DNA of 64,000 bases from Verrucomicrobiota bacterium (GTDB lineage Bacteria > Verrucomicrobiota > Verrucomicrobiia > Limisphaerales > UBA9464): contig JAYVTS010000144.1 in the NCBI GenBank assembly GCA_043788645.1, positions 4,736-68,735 of the forward strand, in the 5' to 3' direction. Both the position numbers and the translations under genes were made by a program. The notes below the pieces were generated by a model, which did no database searches, was not told where the DNA came from, and saw nothing but the letters and a program-made list of their open reading frames with translations. Shown here in pieces: positions 9,126-17,292 of the stretch; positions within the stretch are counted from its first letter, which is position 1, and each line of letters opens with the position of its first letter.

Positions 9126-12100
9126 ATGAACTTCATTCCCTTCTTCATACTGGTGGGCGCCGTCGTCTGGTTGGCGTGGCGCAGTCGCACCGACCGCCTC
9201 GCTCTCGCCCAACTCCTCAATCAGGTCCGTCACCTCGAAAATCGGCAGAACCAGGTTGAACGGGTCTCAACCGAAACTCCGGCGACCACCGCCGTAATGT
9301 TATCCCCCAAGGTTTCGTCGGAGATTGAGCCCCTCTCCCCGCAGTTATCGTCGTTGCCTCCGGCCTCACTTTTACCCATCCCGACCTCGATTCCTTCATC
9401 CGCGTCGCCCCGGGCAAGCACCTTTACCCGTCCGCCCCCAATTCCGATTCAAATTCCAATCGTGGCATCGCTTTCAGCCGCGCCTGCTAGCGCGCCCGGG
9501 TCGGTGGTTGCACCGACCGATGCCGCAGGCGCCCCTCGCCCGGCCATCGGTCGCGCCAACCCTAAAACCACCTTTGATTGGGAGCAGTTTGTCGGCGTAA
9601 AACTCTTTGCCTGGCTTGGCGGTCTCGCACTGTTCTTTGCCGCAGCGCTGGGACTCAAATACTCCTTCGAACATTCCCTGGTCCCACCCGAGGTCCGAGC
9701 GGCCGGCGGATTTCTCCTCGGCGCAGGCTTGGTGGCGGGCGGTCTCTTCCTCCGCCAACGCCGCGACTCAGTCACCTCCCAGACCCTCGTTGCTTCCGGA
9801 GTCGTGATCCTTTACGCCGTCACCTTCGCTTGCCGTGCGTTCTATCATTTCCCGTTTTTTGGGGTGATTCCGAGCTTTCTATTGATGGTATTGATCACCT
9901 CCACCGCCTTTTTGCTCGCGGTTCGCCTGGACGCCCCGGTCGTCGCTATCCTGGGAATGTTGGGCGGATTCTTAACCCCGGTTCTACTCTCAACCGGGGA
10001 AGACAACCCGCTCGGACTTTTTGGCTATGTTGGGCTGTTAGATCTCGGTTTGATCGCCGTGGCCCGCCGGAAACGTTGGGATTACCTTACACTCCTGGCG
10101 GCCATCGGTACGCTGGCGATGCAAGTGGGGTGGGTGGGAAAATTCTTCGCGCCCGAAAAGATCTTCATCGCTCAAGGCGTTTTCCTCGGATTCCCCCTCC
10201 TCTATCTCGGAGCGTTCGTTTGGGCTTGGCGTCGTCAGTGGGTGAACAACTACCTCACCGCGTCGGCGGCCCTCCTCCCGTTCGCTGCCCTCGCCCTGAG
10301 CTTTCAGTTTGTGCTGGGGCAGGCCCTCGGACCTTTGCCCGGCCGTACGTTTCCCATCGCTTTCGGAGCCGACCTCATCTTACTGGCGCTGGTCGCGCTC
10401 CAGCCCCGGCTGCGAGCACTCGAATCGGTCGGGAGCGGAGTCCTGTTTCTGCTGCTCAGCGCCTGGACGATGACCCGCCTGCAAGGACCGGTGATTTATT
10501 GGGCGCTCGGGCTCTATCTCGCATTCGCGGTGCTGCATACGGTGTTTCCCGTCATCCTGCGAACCCTTCGACCGGAAGCAGAACCGCCGCGGGGTGCTTG
10601 GAACCAATTCATTCCGGCCGTCGCGCTCCTGCTTGCGCTCCTGCCGATTGCGCTGGAACTGACGGTGACGTGGTTGTTCTGGCTGGTGGTGCTCGCGGTC
10701 GATGCCTTAGCCGTCGCGCTCGCTCTAGTCACCGGCGCGTTTCTCGGATTGATCGCGGTGATCGTCCTGACGGTGCTGGTGACCGCCGTGTGGTTGGTGC
10801 ATTCGACGGCCCAAGCGGTAGACCTTTCTGAGAGCATTGTCGTGATTGGCGGGTTCGCGCTTTTCTTTTTTGGCGCCGGGGCTTTCCTATGGCGTCAAGG
10901 ACTTACCCTCCCGCAAAACACCAATACCTGGCCCGCGCGCGTCGGACGCTGGCCAGCTCCGCAACTCCCCTTCGATCCCCGCCCCGTGGTGCTCGCACTC
11001 TCCGCCGACTTACCGTTTCTGCTGCTGGTAATGGTTATCGCCCAATTTAAGCCCGCGAATCCCAATAGTGTCTTTGGCCTCGCCGTCCTTCTGGTGGTGC
11101 TGCTGCTCGGACTCACTCGGTTTACCCGCCATGGAGCCCCGGCCGCGGCGGCGCTCGCGGGGGTTTGGCTGGTGCAAGCAGCGTGGTTCGCGACGTCATT
11201 CAACCCCGAACGTGCCGCGCTCCCTTTGCTCTGGGCTGTCGGCTTTTATGCACTTCTCTCGATCTTTCCCTTCCTCTTCCATCGTACGTGGGTGGATCGG
11301 CCGTTGCCTTGGGCGGTGGCGGCACTGGCGGGTCCTGCTCAATTCTGGCTCGTCTATTCGATGGTCAAACAGGCCTATCCCAACCCAGCTCTGGGCCTGC
11401 TCCCGGCGGCGTTCGCCCTGCCTGCGCTGGCGGCAGTCGCCTTCCTGGTGCGAACGCTCCCGGCGGACGCGCCGCGGCGCCTAACCCTGTTGGCTTGGTT
11501 TGGGGGCGTAGCGTTGTTCTTCATCACGCTGGTATTTCCGATCCAATTCGACAAGCAATGGATCACGGTGGCGTGGGCACTCGAAGGTGCGGCGCTCTGC
11601 TGGCTGTTTCACCGCGTGCCCCATCCAGGACTCCCCGGTACCGGTGTGGCCCTGCTCTTGATTGCGTTTGCACGCCTGGCCTTGAACCCAGCCGTCCTCG
11701 AGTATCATCCGCGCACCGAGACACCGATCCTCAATTGGTATCTTTACGCCTACGGAATCACGGTGGTAGCGCTTTTCGTCGGCGCCTACTTGCTCGCGCC
11801 CCCGCGGAACCTCGTCCTCCGCACGAACGTCCCTCCCCTTCTCCAAAGCCTCGGGACCGGACTGCTTTTTCTGCTGCTAAACGTTGAAATTGCTGACTAT
11901 TTCGCCACCGGCCAAACGCTTACGTTTGAATTTGAAGGCAGTTTCGGCCGGGATATGACTTATACGATCGGGTGGGCCTTGTTCGCCTTTGGCCTCCTCC
12001 TGGTGGGCATCCGCCGTCGCGCTCCCGTAGTCCGTTATTCGGCCATGGGCCTACTAAGTGTTGCCTTGCTGAAACTGTTCCTCCACGACCTCGCGCAGCT

Positions 12101-12227
12101 CAGTCAGTTATACCGCGTCGGTGCCTTCGCGGCGGTGGCCGTGATCGCAATGATTGCCTCGTTCCTTTATCAACGATTTCTGACCAGCGACGCCGCTACC
12201 TCGGCCGAAGAACCACCACGCCCATGA
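9126..12227 (+). CDS. DUF2339 domain-containing polytopic membrane protein
   Basis: 1033 aa. It has an N-terminal anchor, a coiled segment (LAQLLNQVRHLENRQNQ) and a Pro/Ser-rich linker. FDWEQFVGVKLFAWLGGLALFFAAALGLKY follows, then more than 20 hydrophobic helices. This is the typical DUF2339 layout. Confidence 0.8.
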   Translation: MNFIPFFILVGAVVWLAWRSRTDRLALAQLLNQVRHLENRQNQVERVSTETPATTAVMLSPKVSSEIEPLSPQLSSLPPASLLPIPTSIPSSASPRASTFTRPPPIPIQIPIVASLSAAPASAPGSVVAPTDAAGAPRPAIGRANPKTTFDWEQFVGVKLFAWLGGLALFFAAALGLKYSFEHSLVPPEVRAAGGFLLGAGLVAGGLFLRQRRDSVTSQTLVASGVVILYAVTFACRAFYHFPFFGVIPSFLLMVLITSTAFLLAVRLDAPVVAILGMLGGFLTPVLLSTGEDNPLGLFGYVGLLDLGLIAVARRKRWDYLTLLAAIGTLAMQVGWVGKFFAPEKIFIAQGVFLGFPLLYLGAFVWAWRRQWVNNYLTASAALLPFAALALSFQFVLGQALGPLPGRTFPIAFGADLILLALVALQPRLRALESVGSGVLFLLLSAWTMTRLQGPVIYWALGLYLAFAVLHTVFPVILRTLRPEAEPPRGAWNQFIPAVALLLALLPIALELTVTWLFWLVVLAVDALAVALALVTGAFLGLIAVIVLTVLVTAVWLVHSTAQAVDLSESIVVIGGFALFFFGAGAFLWRQGLTLPQNTNTWPARVGRWPAPQLPFDPRPVVLALSADLPFLLLVMVIAQFKPANPNSVFGLAVLLVVLLLGLTRFTRHGAPAAAALAGVWLVQAAWFATSFNPERAALPLLWAVGFYALLSIFPFLFHRTWVDRPLPWAVAALAGPAQFWLVYSMVKQAYPNPALGLLPAAFALPALAAVAFLVRTLPADAPRRLTLLAWFGGVALFFITLVFPIQFDKQWITVAWALEGAALCWLFHRVPHPGLPGTGVALLLIAFARLALNPAVLEYHPRTETPILNWYLYAYGITVVALFVGAYLLAPPRNLVLRTNVPPLLQSLGTGLLFLLLNVEIADYFATGQTLTFEFEGSFGRDMTYTIGWALFAFGLLLVGIRRRAPVVRYSAMGLLSVALLKLFLHDLAQLSQLYRVGAFAAVAVIAMIASFLYQRFLTSDAATSAEEPPRP

Positions 12228-12267
12228 ACGCTTTCCCAGTCCACACTTCGCGCCCAACCCGCCGTCC

Positions 12268-13134
12268 TTGGGCCGTCGTCAAGCTCCGTTTCACCCCCTG
12301 GATCGGCCCCCCCCCATCGGTGCTCTTGCGCTCGCGCTTGTTGGCGTAACCACGGTTCAGGTGGCGATTAACCTCGCTGATTGGCGTCTCGCCCAGCCCC
12401 TCAACCTGCCCCTTCCCGGCCTCATCAAGGTGCCCCTGGCCGCGGAAACCCTTGCCGCCTTGCGACCCGAGGCCGCGGACCTTCGACTGATCGACCCTGC
12501 CCAGAGCGAAATCGGTTGGTTCTTAGAACGTCCTTTGCACTTACAGCCCGACGCCCCGATCCGCCCTGCGAAATCCTTCAATGTAACCGTGCGCCCGCAA
12601 GCGACCGACGTGCTGGTTGAGACGGGCATCACCGATCCCTTAGTTGGCCTCGCACTGGAAACGGGAAACGGTTCTTTTCTGAAAGCAATTCCCATTGTGA
12701 GCGCGGGAGCACAAGTACTCGAGCTTGACCCCGAGATACTTGCCCACGGGCAATCCGGCCTAGCGGATCTCCGACTCATTTGCGACGGCCGTCAGCGACC
12801 CTTCGTGCGTGAACCGAACCCGGCGTGGCGAACGTTCACCGTCGAACCGACGAGTCAGGATCCGCCGAAACAAACCGCCATCAGCCGCTGGAAATTAAAA
12901 CTGCCGTACGCCGCACTTCCCATCGGGGCCCTCGCGGCCGAATCCGGCGCGACGCTATTTGATCGGAGTGTGACCATGTATGAAACCATCGACGACGGTC
13001 GCGGGGACAAGGTGAACCGTGCCCTGGGAGATGACCGATGGCGGCGCGCACCGGGCGAACCGAAACGGAGCCTCAAACTCCCGCTCGCGGTCCGTCCGAT
13101 CACCGACACGTTCTGGATCGAAATACGTAATTAA
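12268..13134 (+). CDS. DUF3999 family protein, N-terminal 288 codons up to an in-frame TAA
   Basis: TTG start with the signal-like segment RRQAPFHPLDRPPPIGALALALVGVTTVQVA. It sits directly after DUF2339, the usual partner arrangement. The ORF ends at TAA 13132-13134, but the same frame continues to read sensibly (next entry). Confidence 0.7.
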   Translation: MGRRQAPFHPLDRPPPIGALALALVGVTTVQVAINLADWRLAQPLNLPLPGLIKVPLAAETLAALRPEAADLRLIDPAQSEIGWFLERPLHLQPDAPIRPAKSFNVTVRPQATDVLVETGITDPLVGLALETGNGSFLKAIPIVSAGAQVLELDPEILAHGQSGLADLRLICDGRQRPFVREPNPAWRTFTVEPTSQDPPKQTAISRWKLKLPYAALPIGALAAESGATLFDRSVTMYETIDDGRGDKVNRALGDDRWRRAPGEPKRSLKLPLAVRPITDTFWIEIRN

Positions 13135-13462
13135 GACAATGCGCCCCTCCCACTCACTGGCGTAGCACTCAACTACGTCGCGCCCCGAATTCGTTTTCTG
13201 GCGCCAGTCGCACCGGCCACCTCGCTGTATTATGGGAATCCGAACGCGACCGCGCCGAGCTATGATCTGGAACTGGTTGCTGGCGCGTTGTTCGTCGCCG
13301 AAACGGTCGTCGTCACCGGCGCGGCCGAAGAAGTGCTCCGGGGCGGAACCTGAACTCGCTTGGGGTGGTCTCAACACGGCCGATGGCTCTTCTGGGGCGC
13401 GCTAGCCGTTGTGGTGGCGCTGCTCCTCGGGGTCATGCGTCGACTTCTGCCGCCCGTTGTGC
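13135..13462 (+). pseudogene. In-frame continuation of the DUF3999 reading frame beyond TAA (13132) and TGA (13351)
   Basis: In the same frame, ...FWIEIRN-TAA-DNAPLPLTGVALNYVAPRIRFLAPVAPATSLYYGNPNATAPSYDLELVAGALFVAETVVVTGAAEEVLRGGT-TGA-TRLGWSQHGRWLFWGALAVVVALLLGVMRRLL. It ends in a C-terminal TM helix, as expected for the family. Confidence 0.5.
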
Positions 13463-13899
13463 CCCCCCAAACCCATGAGCTTCGGTTGTCGCACGGGTTC
13501 GGTGGGTTCAATCTCGGCCCACAATTTTTCCAATTCTTGCAGGCGGGCAGTTGCCTCGCTGAGTCCTCCGGCGGTGAGCGAACCATCCCGAATCAGCCGT
13601 TGGAGGGCGGAGGTACATTTAACCGGCATGCCCCGCCACGCCCTGATCCTCAACCACCGAAATGGGTTCGTAACAATAGGTTTTTGATGATGAAGACTTC
13701 TGGTCGTGCTGGATGCACTACGCATCACGGGAGGGTGGGTGAACAAACAAGTGTTGGCACGGGTGGGTCGTCACGCCGCCGAAACGCCGCCGCTGCGGCA
13801 AACGGTAGTCAACTAGATTTTCATGGAACCCATCGGCGTAATCGCCGAGGAGAGTTGATCGGAAGTGCGGCCAATGTGCGCAAACGCTTGGAGCATAAG

Positions 13900-14520
13900 C
13901 ATATTTACTTGATTATTATATTGACATGACATGTTTATGTCAACTTTAAAACATGGAATTTTATAAAATAAATTATTTTATCTGTCTATTTATATTGAGA
14001 CGCTGCCCATTTTCTTGGTTCAGAACCACAAATATTATAACTGTATATTTATGTTGACTTAGCTAAACAGTATTTTAGTCAACTAGTTTTGACGGGCTGT
14101 CCATTAGCGTAACCGCCGGGGTGATTTGAGAGTTAGATCATCAAATTTGGCCCTCAGACGCTTGAATCAGACGCTTGAATCAGACGCATGATGACTTGAT
14201 CTTTATATCGACACGGGATCATTAAGTAACAGTTTAACCATGTCAATTTATCCTAATGTGCATCATGTCAGTCTATTTATATTTACAATGTCTATTTCTG
14301 AAATTCTCTGTAACTAACATGCTGACAGAAATTTTATATTGACAATAATTTGTTATAGTGTGCCATTATTATTGTATTTACAAATTTAAAAACATCTTAG
14401 GTATGATGCTTGGATATTTATATTGACAGAGAGTTGTGTCAAATTAAATTAACATGTTGCAATGCAATTTCGGCACAATGATCTTCCGTTGCAAACATTC
14501 TAACAGGATTACTATCTCAA
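13900..14520. other. A+T-rich ORF-free island with a repeated TTTATATTGACA-like word
   Basis: Composition shifts sharply to A+T. The track lists no ORF of 60 or more codons starting inside 13930-14453. Same-orientation hexamer cores (TTGACA or one-mismatch variants, each preceded by TTATAT-like sequence) are at 13921, 13995, 14054, 14208, 14282, 14339, 14377 and 14423. Inverted TGTCAA-like partners are at 13938, 14077, 14241, 14266 and 14437. Confidence 0.8.
14155..14193. repeat. 13-bp tandem repeat, 3 copies (cagacgcttgaat x2, then cagacgcatgatg)
   Basis: Read directly: cagacgcttgaat|cagacgcttgaat|cagacgcatgatg. Confidence 0.9.
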
Positions 14521-15052
14521 AATGGTCCTGCGTAGGGTACCCTGGTTTTGGTTGCGCTGGGGCATTGGATGCTGGCATCAAGTGCGCCAGGACCTCTGGG
14601 TGTTGCCAAACCTGGCACCACCTTCACCGTCAGACAACGATCAGGTCGAGAGTTCTGCGGCTCCCATGAGCTTGATCCTCGAAACCGGAGTTGCCCGGCA
14701 TCAATCTGGCACAAGATCTTGTCGAAGAAGACTTTTGTCGAATCGCACCAGATCACTCTCTCGATACGCTTCGATTCTCCGCCAGCCTTCTTTGCTCAAG
14801 CTTTTGCGCATCTCGACTTCGCTCAACTCCGGTTTCCAGGTTCAATCTTCCTGGCCCTTGCTTTTGGTGAGAAGCGGAAGGAGCGGGAGGAGTTCAGATT
14901 CTGCGGCACAGCAATTCGAGTTCGCATAGCTCCACGCTCCAAAATACGAGGGACTTTAAGGGCTTGCGGGAGTGCGTCCTGCCGCATCCCATTCAAAGAA
15001 TTCTAGAAATTGAGTCTTGCCCACCGGCTAGGTTTCGCGGTTTATCCCTGCC

Positions 15053-15847
15053 ATGTCTGATTGGCTCAGCGTCGTCCTCCTCGGTTTGATCGAGGGCATC
15101 ACCGAATTCCTACCGGTCTCTTCCACCGGCCACTTGCTCCTGGCCGAACATTGGCTGGGAGAACGGTCCGAAGTCTTCAACGTCGTGATCCAAGCGGGCG
15201 CGGTCCTGGCGGTGCTCGCGGTTTTCCGGGTGCGTGCCGCCCAATTGATCTCCCGATGGCGCGAGCCCGCGAACCTGGACTACTTGGTCAAACTCGCCCT
15301 GGCCTTCGGAATTACGGCGGTAGGCGGGCTTCTCCTCAAGAAGGCACACTTTGCATTGCCGAAAACGCTTCCGCCCATCGCGTGGGCCACTCTCGTCGGT
15401 GGCGTGCTCTTTGTGGTGGTTGAAACTTGGCTGAAACGATCGAATCGCAAGGTCTCCGATTATGTGTCTTGGCCCGTGGCAATCGCGGTGGCCGGCGGAC
15501 AATTACTAGCGATTATTTTCCCCGGTGCCTCGCGTTCCGGCACCACCATTTTGTTGGCATTAGTGCTGGGGCTCAGTCGGCCGGCGGCGGTTGAGTTTTC
15601 TTTTCTGCTAGGCATTCCCACTTTGCTCGCCGCCGCCGCCAAAGAAATGAGAGACGCTCTCAAAGAACATGTGCCGCACGAATCTTGGGCCATGATCGGT
15701 CTCGGCACGGCAGTGGCCGCGGTAGCAGCGTTTCTTGTCGTCCACTGGCTATTGGGTTATGTACGGAGTCGCGATTTTCGTCCGTTTGGTTGGTATCGAA
15801 TCGCCTTGGGCGTAGCGATTCTGTTATTGGTTCATTTCGGAGCGTGA
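15053..15847 (+). CDS. uppP: Undecaprenyl-diphosphate phosphatase
   Basis: BacA/UppP signature LIEGITEFLPVSSTGHLLL and FPGASRSGTTI, with 8 predicted TM helices. Confidence 0.92.
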   Translation: MSDWLSVVLLGLIEGITEFLPVSSTGHLLLAEHWLGERSEVFNVVIQAGAVLAVLAVFRVRAAQLISRWREPANLDYLVKLALAFGITAVGGLLLKKAHFALPKTLPPIAWATLVGGVLFVVVETWLKRSNRKVSDYVSWPVAIAVAGGQLLAIIFPGASRSGTTILLALVLGLSRPAAVEFSFLLGIPTLLAAAAKEMRDALKEHVPHESWAMIGLGTAVAAVAAFLVVHWLLGYVRSRDFRPFGWYRIALGVAILLLVHFGA

Positions 15848-15853
15848 TGCCCA

Positions 15854-17260
15854 TTACTTACCCAGACAAAACGTACTGAAGATACGATCTAGTAGATCGT
15901 CCGTGGTCGTAGCTCCCACCACTTCCCCAACCGCACTGACCGCGGTTCGCAAATCAAACGCGACTAACTCCAGCGTTGCTTGCGAAGCCAACGCCGCCTC
16001 GGCGCGTTCCAACGATTCGTAACTCCGGCGCAAGGCGTCGTGATGCCGAGCACTAATCGCGATCTGGATGGATTCGGTGCCCACGCCACCGCGCCACACC
16101 AATCCCTTCAGCGCATCCTTCAAGTCCTCCAATCCAAGCCCACGGGTGCAGCTCACTGAAATGACCGGCACCCCGGACGGTAGCGGCGTGGGCAATTCCA
16201 AGCGACGGGGTAGATCGGTCTTGTTCAAGACGAGAATTCGCGGACGATCCACAAACTCCGCCAACAAAAGGGCATCTTCGGGATGGAGTTCCTCGGTGGA
16301 GTCGAGTACGTGAAGCAACAATTCCGCCCGACCCGCCGCCTCGCGACTGCGCCGGATTCCCTCGGCTTCGAGCGCATCTTGGGAATGTCGCAAACCCGCG
16401 GTATCAACAAACACAACCGGCAAACCTCGCACATTAGCCGTCTCTTCAATCGTATCACGCGTGGTCCCGATGATCGGCGAAACAATCGCCCGTTCGTACC
16501 CGAGCAGCAGGTTGAGCAGCGAAGACTTACCGGCATTCGGACGCCCCACAATCGCTGCTCGAATACCCCGCCGGAGGAGCTGACCTTCTGGGGCGGTACG
16601 GCAAAGTTCAGCGAGCAATTCGCGGCCGTCAGCGAGTCGTCGGATTAACCCGGCATGAGTATCCGGGCTGATGTCTTCGTCGGGGAAGTCGAGGTGAGCT
16701 TCCACATGCGCCAGGGTCAGCATTAACGAGTCGCGCAACGTTCGGATGCGGGCGCTCAAACGGCCCGCGAGTTGTTCGCGAGCGGCTGCTAACGAGAGTT
16801 CAGTCCGCGCATGAATGAGATCCGACACCGCCTCCGCTTGGGCGAGATCCAATCGGCCATTGAGAAACGCACGTTGGGTAAACTCTCCGGGCTCGGCCAT
16901 CCGAGCGCCACTGGCGAGCAACACGTCCAAAATGAGGCGCGTCACCAAAACCCCACCATGACACGATATCTCGACCGTATTCTCACCCGTGAAACTGCGC
17001 GGTGCGCGGAAGACCGTGATCATCACGTCATCCAATATCTCCCCTCCGGGCCCACCTCGGCGCAGGTGGCCGTAGTGAACCGTGTGACTTAAGGCGACCG
17101 ACGCCTTGAGATTCCGGGTTCCGAGCGGGACAAAACACGCGTCAGCCACCGCCATCGCAGCGGCTCCGGAAATGCGCAAGACCGCCAACCCACCTTCGCC
17201 CAAAGGAGTCGCTAGCGCGGCAATGGTGTCCGTGGGCGCCAACATTCGCTTCGTGGTCAT
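15854..17260 (-). CDS. mnmE: tRNA modification GTPase MnmE
   Basis: DTIAALATPLGEGGLAVLRISG, G1 motif GRPNAGKSSLLN, DTAGLR, NKTDL and the C-terminal FCLGK. I chose ATG 17260 so the gene does not run into purC; the ORF track extends to 17398. Confidence 0.9.
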   Translation of the reverse strand: MTTKRMLAPTDTIAALATPLGEGGLAVLRISGAAAMAVADACFVPLGTRNLKASVALSHTVHYGHLRRGGPGGEILDDVMITVFRAPRSFTGENTVEISCHGGVLVTRLILDVLLASGARMAEPGEFTQRAFLNGRLDLAQAEAVSDLIHARTELSLAAAREQLAGRLSARIRTLRDSLMLTLAHVEAHLDFPDEDISPDTHAGLIRRLADGRELLAELCRTAPEGQLLRRGIRAAIVGRPNAGKSSLLNLLLGYERAIVSPIIGTTRDTIEETANVRGLPVVFVDTAGLRHSQDALEAEGIRRSREAAGRAELLLHVLDSTEELHPEDALLLAEFVDRPRILVLNKTDLPRRLELPTPLPSGVPVISVSCTRGLGLEDLKDALKGLVWRGGVGTESIQIAISARHHDALRRSYESLERAEAALASQATLELVAFDLRTAVSAVGEVVGATTTDDLLDRIFSTFCLGK

Positions 17261-17292
17261 TTCATCTCCAACCCATTCCATCCGAATCACCG

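Noticed and set aside
9578-10831. Long alternative-frame and antisense ORFs lie inside real genes. Examples are 9578..10831, 7381..8220, 37974..38585, 40605..41116, 42317..43228 and 5712..6671.
   Set aside because: They are typical high-G+C shadow ORFs with R/P/G/A-rich translations and no family resemblance. Each is fully overlapped by a gene with strong motif support.
12268-13462. The in-frame TAA and TGA in DUF3999 could reflect stop-codon reassignment.
   Set aside because: Neighbouring well-conserved genes terminate normally on both TAA (fmt) and TGA (prpC, prpD, the FGE-like gene) at the expected protein ends. A genome-wide recoding is therefore not supported.
13402-13746. A minus-strand ORF has an amphipathic helical stretch (LSEATARLQELEKLWAEIEP) faintly reminiscent of small addiction-module antitoxins.
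   Set aside because: There is no partner toxin gene and no recognisable family. It overlaps the DUF3999 C-terminal helix region on the opposite strand. I cannot support it as a feature without a homology search.
13900-14520. The A+T-rich island could be the chromosomal replication origin, since mnmE, often oriC-linked, is only 1.4 kb away.
   Set aside because: There is no dnaA, dnaN, rpmH, rnpA or parAB nearby. No TTATCCACA-type DnaA boxes are present; the best are 2-3 mismatches off. Genes on the left point toward the island rather than away from it. A whole-genome GC-skew plot would settle this, and I cannot compute it here.
14520-15050. Overlapping ORFs on both strands (14517..14756 minus; 14522..14929 and 14548..15006 plus; and a 36-codon minus-strand ORF at 14701..14811) between the island and uppP.
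   Set aside because: None has recognisable motifs, the frames contradict each other, and the translations look like non-coding G+C-rich sequence. This is probably decayed DNA or the uppP promoter region.
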